Source: Bacilli bacterium | GTDB lineage: Bacteria; Bacillota_I; Bacilli_A; RFN20; CAG-826 | Direction of reading: 5' to 3' | NCBI GenBank assembly: GCA_045600585.1 | Contig: JAZRYE010000003.1 | Location: 772-64,771, forward strand | Length of the DNA: 64,000 nt | Shown: in pieces, positions 36,113 to 46,277 of the stretch | Layout: every line of letters starts with the position of its first letter | Numbering within the stretch: position 1 is the first letter of the stretch | Translations under genes and position numbers: made by a program | Notes under the pieces: model-generated | What the model saw: only the letters and a program-made list of their open reading frames with translations | What the model was told of the DNA's origin: nothing | The model's database searches: none

Positions 36113-37297
36113 TTAAGCGACATATGTAACTGTGATACTAGCAATAGATGCATTATACCAAGTTGCTTCACCTTTACTGCTAACACCTTGAACACAAGAA
36201 ACAGCAAAGTATGTCGCATTAATTCCTGCTACATAAGCAGATAATGTAGCTTCAGATCCACCAGTAGCGCCACCAGTCAAAGAGGTTGAACTTAAAGCAG
36301 AGGTTCCAAAATCAACGATGATTGGTGCCAAAGCAGAAACAGAACCAGAAGTTTTTTCTTTAGGCATTTTAACTTCAATTTTAACAATCTTTCCAGGAAT
36401 TGCTGTCTTATTAGCAAACGAAGCAACAGAGGAAGCACCTTTAGCACATAATCCTAAGTATCCTGTTTCAACGTAATTGGAAGCCACATGAGCAATAGCA
36501 TTTTTGAAATTGAATTCGTAATTGTTTACAGTAGCTACACCTGACGCTTGAGGTTTTGATGATGATGTTGCAGTAATACCAGCTATTGTTCCACCTGTGA
36601 AATCAAAAGATAAAGTTTGAGCATTTGCTGGAATGGTACCAGTTGTACTAGCATTTTTGCCTGCAATACCACTTGAAGAATCGCCTGTATCACCACCAGT
36701 ATCTCCTCCAGTTGAAGAACCTCCTCCTTGGTTTCCTCCAGTGATACTTATAATTGTTGGATTGTATTTTTTACCATTAGGAGACAAATCAGCTTTTAAA
36801 TATGGAAGTTCATAAATCTTTTTACCGTCTTGATTTACATAGAGTTCTAAATAACCTTTAGCAACAACTGTAGCACCTGCCATCACGTTAGCAGCTGTGT
36901 AGTCGCCTGTAATAGAAGCATCTAATACAGCCGAGTATAGTTGGACTGGTTGGCTATCAGCTTTCATGTGGTTTTGGAAATAAGCAGTATATTGTTTGTA
37001 TTGGGAATTATAAGAAGAATCGCCTAATACACCAGTCACATAATATTCTTTATCGCTAATTTGATTAGCAGAATAATTAGACATAAATGAAATTAATTCT
37101 TCTACTGTAAATGCATCAGAAGCAGTTAATCCACTATGACCAGTTGATGTATGTTCGCTTTCAGAATTGCTGTTTGATTCAGTAGTTTGAGTATCTTCTT
37201 TAGAATCAGCACTAGTATTATTATTACCATTTCCTTTATTGCCACACGCAACAAGACTCAAAAGTAATAATGGGGTTATAAGTAATTGTTTTTTCAT
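36113..37297 (-). CDS. Lipoprotein (394 aa), Ser/Thr/Gly-rich
   Basis: Lipobox LSLVACG. Low-complexity N-terminal linker. No catalytic motif. Confidence 0.5.
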   Translation of the reverse strand: MKKQLLITPLLLLSLVACGNKGNGNNNTSADSKEDTQTTESNSNSESEHTSTGHSGLTASDAFTVEELISFMSNYSANQISDKEYYVTGVLGDSSYNSQYKQYTAYFQNHMKADSQPVQLYSAVLDASITGDYTAANVMAGATVVAKGYLELYVNQDGKKIYELPYLKADLSPNGKKYNPTIISITGGNQGGGSSTGGDTGGDTGDSSSGIAGKNASTTGTIPANAQTLSFDFTGGTIAGITATSSSKPQASGVATVNNYEFNFKNAIAHVASNYVETGYLGLCAKGASSVASFANKTAIPGKIVKIEVKMPKEKTSGSVSALAPIIVDFGTSALSSTSLTGGATGGSEATLSAYVAGINATYFAVSCVQGVSSKGEATWYNASIASITVTYVA

Positions 37298-37403
37298 ATT
37301 GTTTACCTCTTTTTTATATTAAATAAAAAGCTCTTAAATGTATATATAAAAATAAAACCCTAAAGATTTCTCTCTAGGGTAATATTCAATAATTAACAAA
37401 TTA

Positions 37404-38891
37404 TTAGCGGTTTAAAGTAACTGATTCAACACAAATAACGCCGTTTGCTGTTGCACCATTTGTAATGTTGAAGAATACTTGGTAATAAGTATTAGCTGGG
37501 AAGGCAGTTGTTGGAGTTAATGTAAATTCACCAGCTGAATTTGTGATTTCTTCTGTACCAATAACTTCACCAATTTTTGTTTCTAAAGTAGCATCAGAGT
37601 AAGCTCTAACACCATAAGAATTTAATTTCATATCATCTTTTGATAAAGAACCAGAAACAAGTTTAATTGTAACGCTAGCGACTGCTTCTGTTGCTGCGAC
37701 TTTAGTTTGAATTGATGAATCTAGATCTGTAACACTCTTCTTACCTAACTTAACGAATGCCCATCCAGCGCCGTTATTAGCGCCGCCAGTGACTGACCAT
37801 TTGTCATTATAATCCCATGTACCAGAATAACTTGTATTTGAAGCTTCTTTATTTGCAAAGTTACATTTCATAACATATGGAGCTGGATTAACAGTTACAT
37901 CTAATGCTTCTGAAACAATTTCACCAACTTTAGCAACAACAGTAGTTGAACCTTGAGCAACGCCTGTTAATTTGCCGTTTGCATCAATTGTTGCTACAGC
38001 TGTATTTGCAACTTCCCAAGTAATTGTTCCGACAGAATGTAATGGAGTTAATCTAGCTTTTAATGTAACGCTAGAACCTTCATCAATGGTTGGAGCGTTT
38101 GAAATAATTTTAACGCCAGTTGCAGCTTCTGTTGGAGCTGTTAATAATTTAATTTCTGGAACGATTGTGTCTTCACCAACAGTTCTTTTTGTGAATTCGA
38201 AATTAGTGTTATTGTAGTTTTGCATATAGCCACAAATAACAGCTTTATAACCAACAAGTACATCTTCTTTAGTCAAATCTAAAGAACCTTTAACTTCATC
38301 AGAAACAGTGACACCATATAATTGTACACCATAGTCTTTATTTGTAGTTTGGAAATAACCATTTACTGTTTTTCCAGAAGCATACCATGATGATGTATAG
38401 ATAATGCCTTCAGCCCAGACAACTTCTTCTGTATAACCACCAGCATCAACTGTTTGACATAATGCATATGCCTCGTCTGCTGTTAATGGTGTTTCTTCGG
38501 AACCATAATTTTTAGCGCCATTGACTGTTATTGTACATAAAGCTGTAAATCCACCATCAACTGATGTAGCTGTAACTGTTGCAGTACCAGCAGCAATTGC
38601 TGTAACTCTGCCTTTTTCAACAGTAGCAACTTCTGGATGATCAACAGACCATGTAACTGATTTGTTGGTTGCGTTTGTAGGAGTAACACTAGCAGTTAAT
38701 GTAACGTTTTCACCAATTTCTAATGTTGCTTCTGTTTTGTTTAATGTGATACCAGTAACAGCGACAGTTTCAACTTCACTAGTTGTAGTATCATGTGTTT
38801 CTGAAGTTGTTCCGCTAGTTTTACCGCCATTGCCACACGCAGAAAGTAAAAGTAAAACTGCTGGAATTAAAACTAAAGATTTTTTGTTCAT
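37404..38891 (-). CDS. Lipoprotein with bacterial Ig-like (Big_2) domains
   Basis: Lipobox LLLSACG. Two segments of the VxVTGITLNKTEATLEIGENVTLTASVTPTNATNKSVTWS type typical of Big_2. Confidence 0.55.
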   Translation of the reverse strand: MNKKSLVLIPAVLLLLSACGNGGKTSGTTSETHDTTTSEVETVAVTGITLNKTEATLEIGENVTLTASVTPTNATNKSVTWSVDHPEVATVEKGRVTAIAAGTATVTATSVDGGFTALCTITVNGAKNYGSEETPLTADEAYALCQTVDAGGYTEEVVWAEGIIYTSSWYASGKTVNGYFQTTNKDYGVQLYGVTVSDEVKGSLDLTKEDVLVGYKAVICGYMQNYNNTNFEFTKRTVGEDTIVPEIKLLTAPTEAATGVKIISNAPTIDEGSSVTLKARLTPLHSVGTITWEVANTAVATIDANGKLTGVAQGSTTVVAKVGEIVSEALDVTVNPAPYVMKCNFANKEASNTSYSGTWDYNDKWSVTGGANNGAGWAFVKLGKKSVTDLDSSIQTKVAATEAVASVTIKLVSGSLSKDDMKLNSYGVRAYSDATLETKIGEVIGTEEITNSAGEFTLTPTTAFPANTYYQVFFNITNGATANGVICVESVTLNR

Positions 38892-39007
38892 TGTTTTTCT
38901 CCTTGTATTATTAATACACTTTCATTATATTCTAATCATTTTTCAATGAAAAGACCGATTTAAGAATAACAAAGCCTCCCAATGTTTACTAAAGGAAGGC
39001 ATTGTAA

Positions 39008-40162
39008 TTAAGCTGCGAATTGGAAACAATCTGCTGCAGTAGCAGTTTCCCAAGTTACGCATGGAGCAAGTTGTACCTTGTTATACCAAGATAAGTTGCC
39101 AATAAATGTGAATTTTTTATTTAAATTTGCTAATAATTTATCTTTAAGAGCCTGTTGAGAATCTTTACCAATATGGTAGTTAACACTCATTTGAACTGTT
39201 GTTGATCCAACTTTAGCATCGAAGGTCCAGTGTTCACCTACTTTTAGTCCTTCGATTGTCGCTTGGTCACTTGCAAGAGTCATATTTTCAACCTTTACCA
39301 TATTACCTGTATTAAATACTTTTGCATTTTTAATATCTGCTTCAGTATAAACATTAAGTTCAGGCTGACTGATTGTATTATCAATAATATCAACAGCGAT
39401 GCCGTTGTTAACTGGCTTTGCTTCAATCAATCCATTGTATGGTGATAATGTTGCAGAAACCTGGACTAAAGAACCGATTTCTAAATCATTAACATAGTTA
39501 CTTAAAGAACCGGCATAGAGCATCATTCCATCAGTGCCATCAGCAATATAAACACCTGTATAGAAGTTAGCTGTAGATTTTTCTAACCAACCGCAAACAT
39601 ATCCTCTAGTGATAATTAAATCACCTTCATTTTTCTTTTTAGCATCGGCAATTTTTAAGACAACTGGTCTAGTTTCCATTGCGTTAACTCTCATATTCCA
39701 ATTTTGAGAGCCAAAAGATTGGCCAACATATTTAGAATAATCATCTTTTTTATCACCAACATAGCCTTGGAATGTAGCGTTACCAGTTAATGTATATGCT
39801 GCATATTCTTTATAGCCGTCAGGTAGTTCCCAAATTTCAGGAATAATAACATCTAAATAATAGCCAGTTTCATTAATTTTGACATATTCAGTATCATATT
39901 CTTTTTGAGCAGTAACTGAATATGTATAGGAAAACTTGAATCCATCAACTGTAATAGCTTCTCTACTAAGTTTTTCACCACACATCGACAAACCATCAGT
40001 TGTTGCAAATGATCTATACGAAACAGCAACTTGAGAGAACGCTAACTTAGCTTGTTTGTTTAAGACTTCGTCATAATTAACTGTGTTTTTATTGCCACAG
40101 CCAGCAAGAGCAGCAATTGCTAAAGCGGAAAGAAGTCCAGAAGTTAATAATCTTTTTTTCAT
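39008..40162 (-). CDS. Lipoprotein (about 384 aa)
   Basis: Likely start MKKRLLTSGLLSALAIAALAGCG (lipobox). Beta-rich; nothing else recognised. Confidence 0.45.
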   Translation of the reverse strand: MKKRLLTSGLLSALAIAALAGCGNKNTVNYDEVLNKQAKLAFSQVAVSYRSFATTDGLSMCGEKLSREAITVDGFKFSYTYSVTAQKEYDTEYVKINETGYYLDVIIPEIWELPDGYKEYAAYTLTGNATFQGYVGDKKDDYSKYVGQSFGSQNWNMRVNAMETRPVVLKIADAKKKNEGDLIITRGYVCGWLEKSTANFYTGVYIADGTDGMMLYAGSLSNYVNDLEIGSLVQVSATLSPYNGLIEAKPVNNGIAVDIIDNTISQPELNVYTEADIKNAKVFNTGNMVKVENMTLASDQATIEGLKVGEHWTFDAKVGSTTVQMSVNYHIGKDSQQALKDKLLANLNKKFTFIGNLSWYNKVQLAPCVTWETATAADCFQFAA

Positions 40163-40178
40163 TTTCAATCTCCTTTTA

Positions 40179-41588
40179 TTAATAATAAACAACATCGTTT
40201 TTGTTACAGAGAGTTAATTGATAATAAGCTTTTGTAGAAGAGCCACCTTCTTCATCAGAGCCAGCAGCTGGATCATAGATAGCAATAGCGGCAGTAAGGT
40301 CGATATAGTATTTATAATTACCTGCTTCATCTTTTTCTGATAAATAAGTATATGTTGTGACACGGTCTAAAGATGTTCCGCCTTTTTTCATTAAGAAAAC
40401 ATTCTTAGGAACACGTAATGTCATCTTATTGCCATGATCATCTTCTAATTCAATATTCATAGCGCCACTCTTAACTTGAGTAGTTTTATCAATTGCATCA
40501 TAGCCTTTACCAGTAGCATGTAAATGTTTAAATTGACCAACTAAGTTAATATATTCACGTTTACCATCTACTTGGTTGAATGTCATTTCAGGATATGGAA
40601 CTTCAACGCCTTTTCTATTAATTACCATGTCATCTTTAGATGGTAAATATGGATTATAAGAAACGGATGTAATTTGTGGATTGCCATATCTAACTGTAAA
40701 AGTGCCAACGATTGTTAAGTCATTACCAACACCATGTAAGCATTCATAGAATTTATAACCAGCAAAGATAAAAATACCATATCTTTCGAGTTCGCCAGTT
40801 TCTTCGTTTTCAAAATCTTGAACTACGTATGCATCATCATCAACTACTTTAGCAACAATGCCTGTAATTTTTACTTTCTTGCCTTCAAATTTTGGACAAG
40901 AGCCTTTATTTTCAACGAATTCATCTACCAATTCTTTGATTGATGTATTAAGAGCGTCACCTTTATAGAAGTCAGGATCTTCACCAGACCATTGGCCTTT
41001 TTTAAGATCTTGAGCTTGAAGGTCAGCAGAATTGAAATAAGAAGCAAGAGGGCAATCAGCAACACCCTTACCGTTTGAATATCCTTCTTGAACAATCATA
41101 AGGTTTAAACATTTAAATGCATCAAGAGGAGCGTTTTGTTCATCAGCAATCCAGACTAATGCTTTAAAACGAGTGCCAGTACTATCATAAGTAGCAGCAG
41201 TCTCAGTTAAATCGCCATTAGTTAGAAGAATAGAACCTGCATTTTTTAATGCATCAGTAGTAAATTTAGATGCTTTCTTACCCCAAGGTTCGATTTGACC
41301 TGTTGATTCAGGAGTATCGATGCCGTAGAAACGAACTTTAACTAATCTAGCGTTATTTTCTACTTGATAAAAGTGAGCAGTATCACCATCAACTGGGTTA
41401 TATAAAGTAACAGCACCAATACCACCATCTAAGAAATTTTTATTCTCATAAGAAGAGAAATATGATGTAAGTTTAGCTTGGCTTGCGTAATCAACGAATT
41501 TTTCTCCACCATTCTTTTGATTGCAGGCAGAAACTGTTGAAATAGCTAAAGCGGCAACTATAGAAGCTAATAATCTACGAAATTTCAT
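40179..41588 (-). CDS. Lipoprotein with staphylococcal-nuclease (thermonuclease, SNc)-like domain
   Basis: Likely start MKFRRLLASIVAALAISTVSAC. SNase motif VRFYGIDTPESTGQIEPWGKKAS. Confidence 0.55.
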   Translation of the reverse strand: MKFRRLLASIVAALAISTVSACNQKNGGEKFVDYASQAKLTSYFSSYENKNFLDGGIGAVTLYNPVDGDTAHFYQVENNARLVKVRFYGIDTPESTGQIEPWGKKASKFTTDALKNAGSILLTNGDLTETAATYDSTGTRFKALVWIADEQNAPLDAFKCLNLMIVQEGYSNGKGVADCPLASYFNSADLQAQDLKKGQWSGEDPDFYKGDALNTSIKELVDEFVENKGSCPKFEGKKVKITGIVAKVVDDDAYVVQDFENEETGELERYGIFIFAGYKFYECLHGVGNDLTIVGTFTVRYGNPQITSVSYNPYLPSKDDMVINRKGVEVPYPEMTFNQVDGKREYINLVGQFKHLHATGKGYDAIDKTTQVKSGAMNIELEDDHGNKMTLRVPKNVFLMKKGGTSLDRVTTYTYLSEKDEAGNYKYYIDLTAAIAIYDPAAGSDEEGGSSTKAYYQLTLCNKNDVVYY

Positions 41589-41599
41589 ATATTTAGCTC

Positions 41600-42922
41600 C
41601 TACATAATGCATTTTGCGATGGCTTGATCAAAGATTTCATCAATCTTGTCATCTAATGCCTTACCACTTAAATTCTTTAATAATAATACTTGAGAAACGA
41701 TACCACCAACTTCATCACGAGCAATTGCTGAACCATCAAAAACAGGAGAATAGAAATATCTATTTGCATAGTTTTCCTTTGTGCACATTGCAGCAGCAGC
41801 TAATAAATTTCTAGTTGTTCCGTCTTGTTCATATGCGGTTGCTAAATGAGCTGTGTATTGAGGACAGTTATAAGAAGAAGTTCTGACTGGTTCATAGCCT
41901 GTAGCGATTGCAAATGCAGCAGAGTTATCAGTTGAAGTAATATGCTTATAGAATTTCCAAGCTGCAATTTTTTCTTGAGATGTTGCTCTCTTGAACAAGC
42001 AAATTGATGGGCCTTGAGAAACAACATGTCCATTTAAAGTTCCTGAAGGAATTGGAGCAACGCCAACTTCAAAGTTAAGAGATTTGTTATATGTTGTACC
42101 ACCAGTAGAACCTATAGACATCAATAATTCTTGGTTAGTGAACTTAGTAGATGTATATGTTGCATTTGGTTGAGTGCCTTTTGTGAAGAAATGTTTAGCA
42201 TCATAATGTTCCTTGAACATCTTGACCATTGCCTTAGTTTCAGCATTATTGAACGCAAAATGTTCACCAGTTTGCGAGGTGTAGTTATATCCGTTTTGTT
42301 CGCACCAAGTAATGAAGAGGTTTGAATCTGAATCGTATCCTAATGGGATAATTTGAGGATATTTAGCAACAATCTCGCTACACAATGTCCACATTTGTTC
42401 CCAAGTTGTAGGAATAGTCCAACCATTTTCAGCAAAGACAGTTTTGTTATAGAAAATAGCTTCAGTAGATTTTGCATATGGAACAGAATAAACACCACTT
42501 TGTGCATAATTTGTTCCCTCATCCCAATAAGATTTAACAAAATCAGCTTTATCTTCAGCTGATAAACCATATTCTTCATTATCAACATATGGTGTTAAAT
42601 CTTCAATCGCACCAGCTGTCATATAGTTAGCAACGTTATCAGGATAGCAGAATGACATTGTAGGAGTAGTACCTGCAGGGATTGCATCGCCAATCTTGCC
42701 AGCAATATCGCTATAACCACCTTGCGAATATGCTTCAATTTTGACATCTGGATTTGCTTCTTCAAATTCAGCAATCATTCTATCAAGCATAGCTTGGTTT
42801 GCTTGGCCCATTGTGTGCCAGAATTTAACATGGACTTTACCATCACCTGTTTTGCCACAAGCAGCCAAGCCACCCATAGCTAATAAACCAGCTGATAAAG
42901 TTAAAAGTAATTTTTTATTCAT
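41600..42922 (-). CDS. Sugar ABC transporter substrate-binding lipoprotein (family 1 SBP), copy 1
   Basis: Lipobox LAACG. HVKFWHTMGQANQAMLDRMIAEFEEANPDVKIE is typical of MalE/UgpB-like SBPs. Confidence 0.7.
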   Translation of the reverse strand: MNKKLLLTLSAGLLAMGGLAACGKTGDGKVHVKFWHTMGQANQAMLDRMIAEFEEANPDVKIEAYSQGGYSDIAGKIGDAIPAGTTPTMSFCYPDNVANYMTAGAIEDLTPYVDNEEYGLSAEDKADFVKSYWDEGTNYAQSGVYSVPYAKSTEAIFYNKTVFAENGWTIPTTWEQMWTLCSEIVAKYPQIIPLGYDSDSNLFITWCEQNGYNYTSQTGEHFAFNNAETKAMVKMFKEHYDAKHFFTKGTQPNATYTSTKFTNQELLMSIGSTGGTTYNKSLNFEVGVAPIPSGTLNGHVVSQGPSICLFKRATSQEKIAAWKFYKHITSTDNSAAFAIATGYEPVRTSSYNCPQYTAHLATAYEQDGTTRNLLAAAAMCTKENYANRYFYSPVFDGSAIARDEVGGIVSQVLLLKNLSGKALDDKIDEIFDQAIAKCIM

Positions 42923-42939
42923 TTAGATAGCCTCCAAAA

Positions 42940-44313
42940 TTATCCTGCGAATAAGCAGTTTGTCATCGCATCAGAGAAAGCTTGATCAATTGTTTTAGTA
43001 CCTAAGAATACGTTAGCTAAAATACCATCCATCTCTTTACGAGCAGTAGAGCTGCCTTTAAAAGCAGGAGAAACGAAGAATTTAGAAGTTAAAGATTGGT
43101 TAAATGCTAATGTTTTTTGAATCAAAGCTTCTTTACCAGTTTTATCTTTAGCGCTTGTGTAATTCTTAAAAATATCACAAGTGAATGATGATTTTCTAAC
43201 AGGAGCATAGCCAGTTAAAACAGAATATGTAGCTGAGTTATTTGTATTGGAAATGAACTTATAGAATAACCAAGCAGCGTATTTTTCAGCTTGAGTTGCC
43301 CTAGCAAAGAAACAAATTGATGGTCCTTGAGAAATAACGTGATCATTTAATGTTCCACCTGGAATAGGAGCAACACCAGTTTCAAAGTTATCAGTATAGT
43401 TATATGATGTACCACCAGTAGAACCAATTGTCATAACTGTTTTTGGTTCTGCTTCACCAACAAACATATTAGAAGTATAACTATTATTTGCGGAAGAACC
43501 AGATGTGATAAGGTATCCCTTGTCATACCATTCTTTCATTTCTGCAACTAAAGCTTTAGCTCTATCGTTTTCAAACAAGAAATGATTATCAGCATCAGCA
43601 GAAGTATAAGGAATGCCTTCTTGTTCCATTCTAGTGATCAATAAATTAGCATCACTATCATAGCCTAAAGCTGTATAGCCTAATTCTTTAATTTTTGGCA
43701 TTAATGTAGCCATTTCAGTCCAAGTTGTTGGGACTTCTAAATGGTTTTCAGTGAAGAAGTTCTTGTTATAGAACATAACTTCTGTTGATTTAGAAAATGG
43801 AACAGAATAAACAGAACCAGCATCACCAAATTCATCACCATATGATTTTCCTTCTTCCCAGAAAGAATCAACGAAGTCGTTAACACCTTGTGAATCGTGA
43901 GCCTCTTTGCCTAAGCCGATAACACTATCATTAATATAACCATCTAGATTTTCAACAGCACCTGCTGACATATATTCAGCAACGTGGTCTGGATAACAGT
44001 AAGCCATTGTTGGAGTTGTACCTGCTGGAATAGCAGCAGAAATTTTATCCTTAATGTCATCGTATCCACCTTGAGCAGCATGTTCGATTTTAATATTTGG
44101 GTAAATAGCATTAAACGCTTCAATCATACGATTTAAAGTATCTTGGTTTGCTTGACCCATTGTGTGCCAGAATGTAACGGTTGTTGTCAAATCTTTTGGA
44201 TCACCAGAAAATGGAACATATTCACCACGATTATTGTTTACACCACATCCTGTAACACCAGCTGCCATAGCTAAGACAGCCAATGAAATTAAAATTCTTT
44301 TTTTGGATTTCAT
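42940..44313 (-). CDS. Sugar ABC transporter substrate-binding lipoprotein, paralogous copy 2
   Basis: Lipobox VTGCG. Clear paralog of the adjacent SBP (TVTFWHTMGQANQDTLNRMIEAFNAIYPNIKIE). Confidence 0.7.
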   Translation of the reverse strand: MKSKKRILISLAVLAMAAGVTGCGVNNNRGEYVPFSGDPKDLTTTVTFWHTMGQANQDTLNRMIEAFNAIYPNIKIEHAAQGGYDDIKDKISAAIPAGTTPTMAYCYPDHVAEYMSAGAVENLDGYINDSVIGLGKEAHDSQGVNDFVDSFWEEGKSYGDEFGDAGSVYSVPFSKSTEVMFYNKNFFTENHLEVPTTWTEMATLMPKIKELGYTALGYDSDANLLITRMEQEGIPYTSADADNHFLFENDRAKALVAEMKEWYDKGYLITSGSSANNSYTSNMFVGEAEPKTVMTIGSTGGTSYNYTDNFETGVAPIPGGTLNDHVISQGPSICFFARATQAEKYAAWLFYKFISNTNNSATYSVLTGYAPVRKSSFTCDIFKNYTSAKDKTGKEALIQKTLAFNQSLTSKFFVSPAFKGSSTARKEMDGILANVFLGTKTIDQAFSDAMTNCLFAG

Positions 44314-44386
44314 ATTTTTTCCTTTCATGACATTTACGCGGTCATACGCGATATATAACGCTCACGCGCAATTATAATAATAATGT

Positions 44387-45343
44387 TTAGCCTTTAATAC
44401 CTGCTCTACCTACACCTTTCATGATGTACTTTCTAAAGAAGATAAATAGCAATAATAAAGGTACTGTTACTAAAACAGTAGCAGCCATTTGTAAACCATA
44501 TTGTGGTTCGCCAGCAGTAGTTGTAAATGAAGAACGTAAACCATTTGTAATCAAACGGAATTGTTGCTTGTTTGCAACTAGGTTAGGCCAAACATATGAG
44601 TTCCATGAACCCATAAGTTTTAAAATGAAAATAGAAATCAATGTTGGAGCACTGAGTGGCACCATGACTTTCCATAAGTATGTCCAGTCACTCTTACCAT
44701 CAACTTTTGCTGCAAGATAAAGTTCATTAGGGATTTGCATAAAGTTTTGTCTTAATAAATAAATGTAGAAGACAGATACCCAGAATGGAACAATCATAGC
44801 AGTGTATGCACCAATTCTTGTGTCGTTAAGCCAACCGAAGTTAGCAACAGTGATATAGTTTGTAATAACCATCATTTCACCAGGAATCATCATTGTTGCA
44901 AGAAGAATCATAAACATGATGTTTTTGCCTTTGAACTGTAATCTTGCAAAAGCAAATGCAGCAAAGATTGTTGTAACAAGAGTTCCTAAAGTAGAAATAA
45001 TGCCAACGATTAAGGTATTAATTAAGTAAGTCACGAAGTCGAATTGTCTAAAGACTTCAACATAGTTGGACCACATAACTGTGGCAGGGAAGAAAGTTTG
45101 GTTAGTTGCACGAATTTCAGAAGTTGTTTTTAAAGAAGTGATAACCATCCAATAGAATGGGAGGAGCACTACTAATGCCATAACAACTAAGAAAGCATAC
45201 ATGATAACGAGAGAAATAACTTTCATTACCTTTTGAATTTTTTCAAGCTTCTCGACAGAATGAGAACCTTCTTTAATCACTAAAACTAGATCTTCTGTTG
45301 GAACATCTTTGTATGAGGAATATTTGAATTCATTTTTTCTCAT
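44387..45343 (-). CDS. Sugar ABC transporter permease (UgpE/MalG-like)
   Basis: Polytopic membrane protein with the EAA-like loop region. Position within the ABC operon. Confidence 0.65.
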   Translation of the reverse strand: MRKNEFKYSSYKDVPTEDLVLVIKEGSHSVEKLEKIQKVMKVISLVIMYAFLVVMALVVLLPFYWMVITSLKTTSEIRATNQTFFPATVMWSNYVEVFRQFDFVTYLINTLIVGIISTLGTLVTTIFAAFAFARLQFKGKNIMFMILLATMMIPGEMMVITNYITVANFGWLNDTRIGAYTAMIVPFWVSVFYIYLLRQNFMQIPNELYLAAKVDGKSDWTYLWKVMVPLSAPTLISIFILKLMGSWNSYVWPNLVANKQQFRLITNGLRSSFTTTAGEPQYGLQMAATVLVTVPLLLLFIFFRKYIMKGVGRAGIKG

Positions 45344-45354
45344 ATAAATACCTC

Positions 45355-46275
45355 CTAATAGTGAACTCTAGTCTTAGAGACTTTGAATTGAATAGCAGTA
45401 AAGATCATGATGACTGCAAATAGCATAACTGCAGCTGCAGCACCTAATTGAACTGAGTCTTTACCAATCATGTCATAAATGTAATAAACAATTGTGTACA
45501 TGTTGTTCAATCCATTAACAGTACCACTCTTACCGAGTAAGCCAACAACTGAGGAATACTCTTTGAACGCACCAATAAATGATGTAATCATGATGTACAA
45601 AATTTGTGGTGATAATAATGGAACTGTAACGTTCATAAATGTTTTAAATTTTCCAGCGGCGTCAATTTGTGCAGCTTGATAATATTGTTTATCAATATTT
45701 TGTAAGCCAGATAAGAGAATTAAAATCTTATATGGTAAAGCATGCCAAACAATATAGATGCATAATGCGAGCATTGCTTTTGATTGAGGAGCACCAACGT
45801 CCAACCAATAAGTTGGGATTGCTAAATTAAATAAATGGTTCCAAATACCGAATCCATCAAAGATAACAGAGAAGACCATGCCAACTGCGATAGCATTAGT
45901 AACATATGGCATAAAGAAGATTGTTTGAAACAATTTCTTCATCCAAGGAATGGAATTCAAACCGACTGCAATCAATAATGAAATAACGATAGAAGCAGGA
46001 ACTGTTACGAAAACAACAATCATCGTATTTGGAATTGCATACTTGATAACGTCAGTAAAGTAATAAGTTTTATCACCGGATTTTTTACCGATGAGACCTA
46101 AAACATAACCGAAGTTATCTAAAGTAAATCCCTTATTTGTTCCAGTTAAATATTTGTAATCTTTTAAGAAAGCAATACCAAAGGTATTAATTAAAGGATA
46201 GAAGGTAAAAACCGCTAGAAGAATAATTACTGGTGCAAGATATAACCAAGCGCGCCAATCATTTTTCTTAATCAT
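45355..46275 (-). CDS. Sugar ABC transporter permease (UgpA/MalF-like)
   Basis: Polytopic membrane protein; operon context. Confidence 0.65.
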   Translation of the reverse strand: MIKKNDWRAWLYLAPVIILLAVFTFYPLINTFGIAFLKDYKYLTGTNKGFTLDNFGYVLGLIGKKSGDKTYYFTDVIKYAIPNTMIVVFVTVPASIVISLLIAVGLNSIPWMKKLFQTIFFMPYVTNAIAVGMVFSVIFDGFGIWNHLFNLAIPTYWLDVGAPQSKAMLALCIYIVWHALPYKILILLSGLQNIDKQYYQAAQIDAAGKFKTFMNVTVPLLSPQILYIMITSFIGAFKEYSSVVGLLGKSGTVNGLNNMYTIVYYIYDMIGKDSVQLGAAAAVMLFAVIMIFTAIQFKVSKTRVHY

Positions 46276-46277
46276 AA

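Noticed and set aside
38915-38927. GTATTATTAATAC palindrome upstream of the Big_2 lipoprotein gene (inverse arrangement of the island palindrome half-sites)
   Set aside because: A single occurrence in very AT-rich host DNA without the conserved flanking arm. It is likely coincidental.
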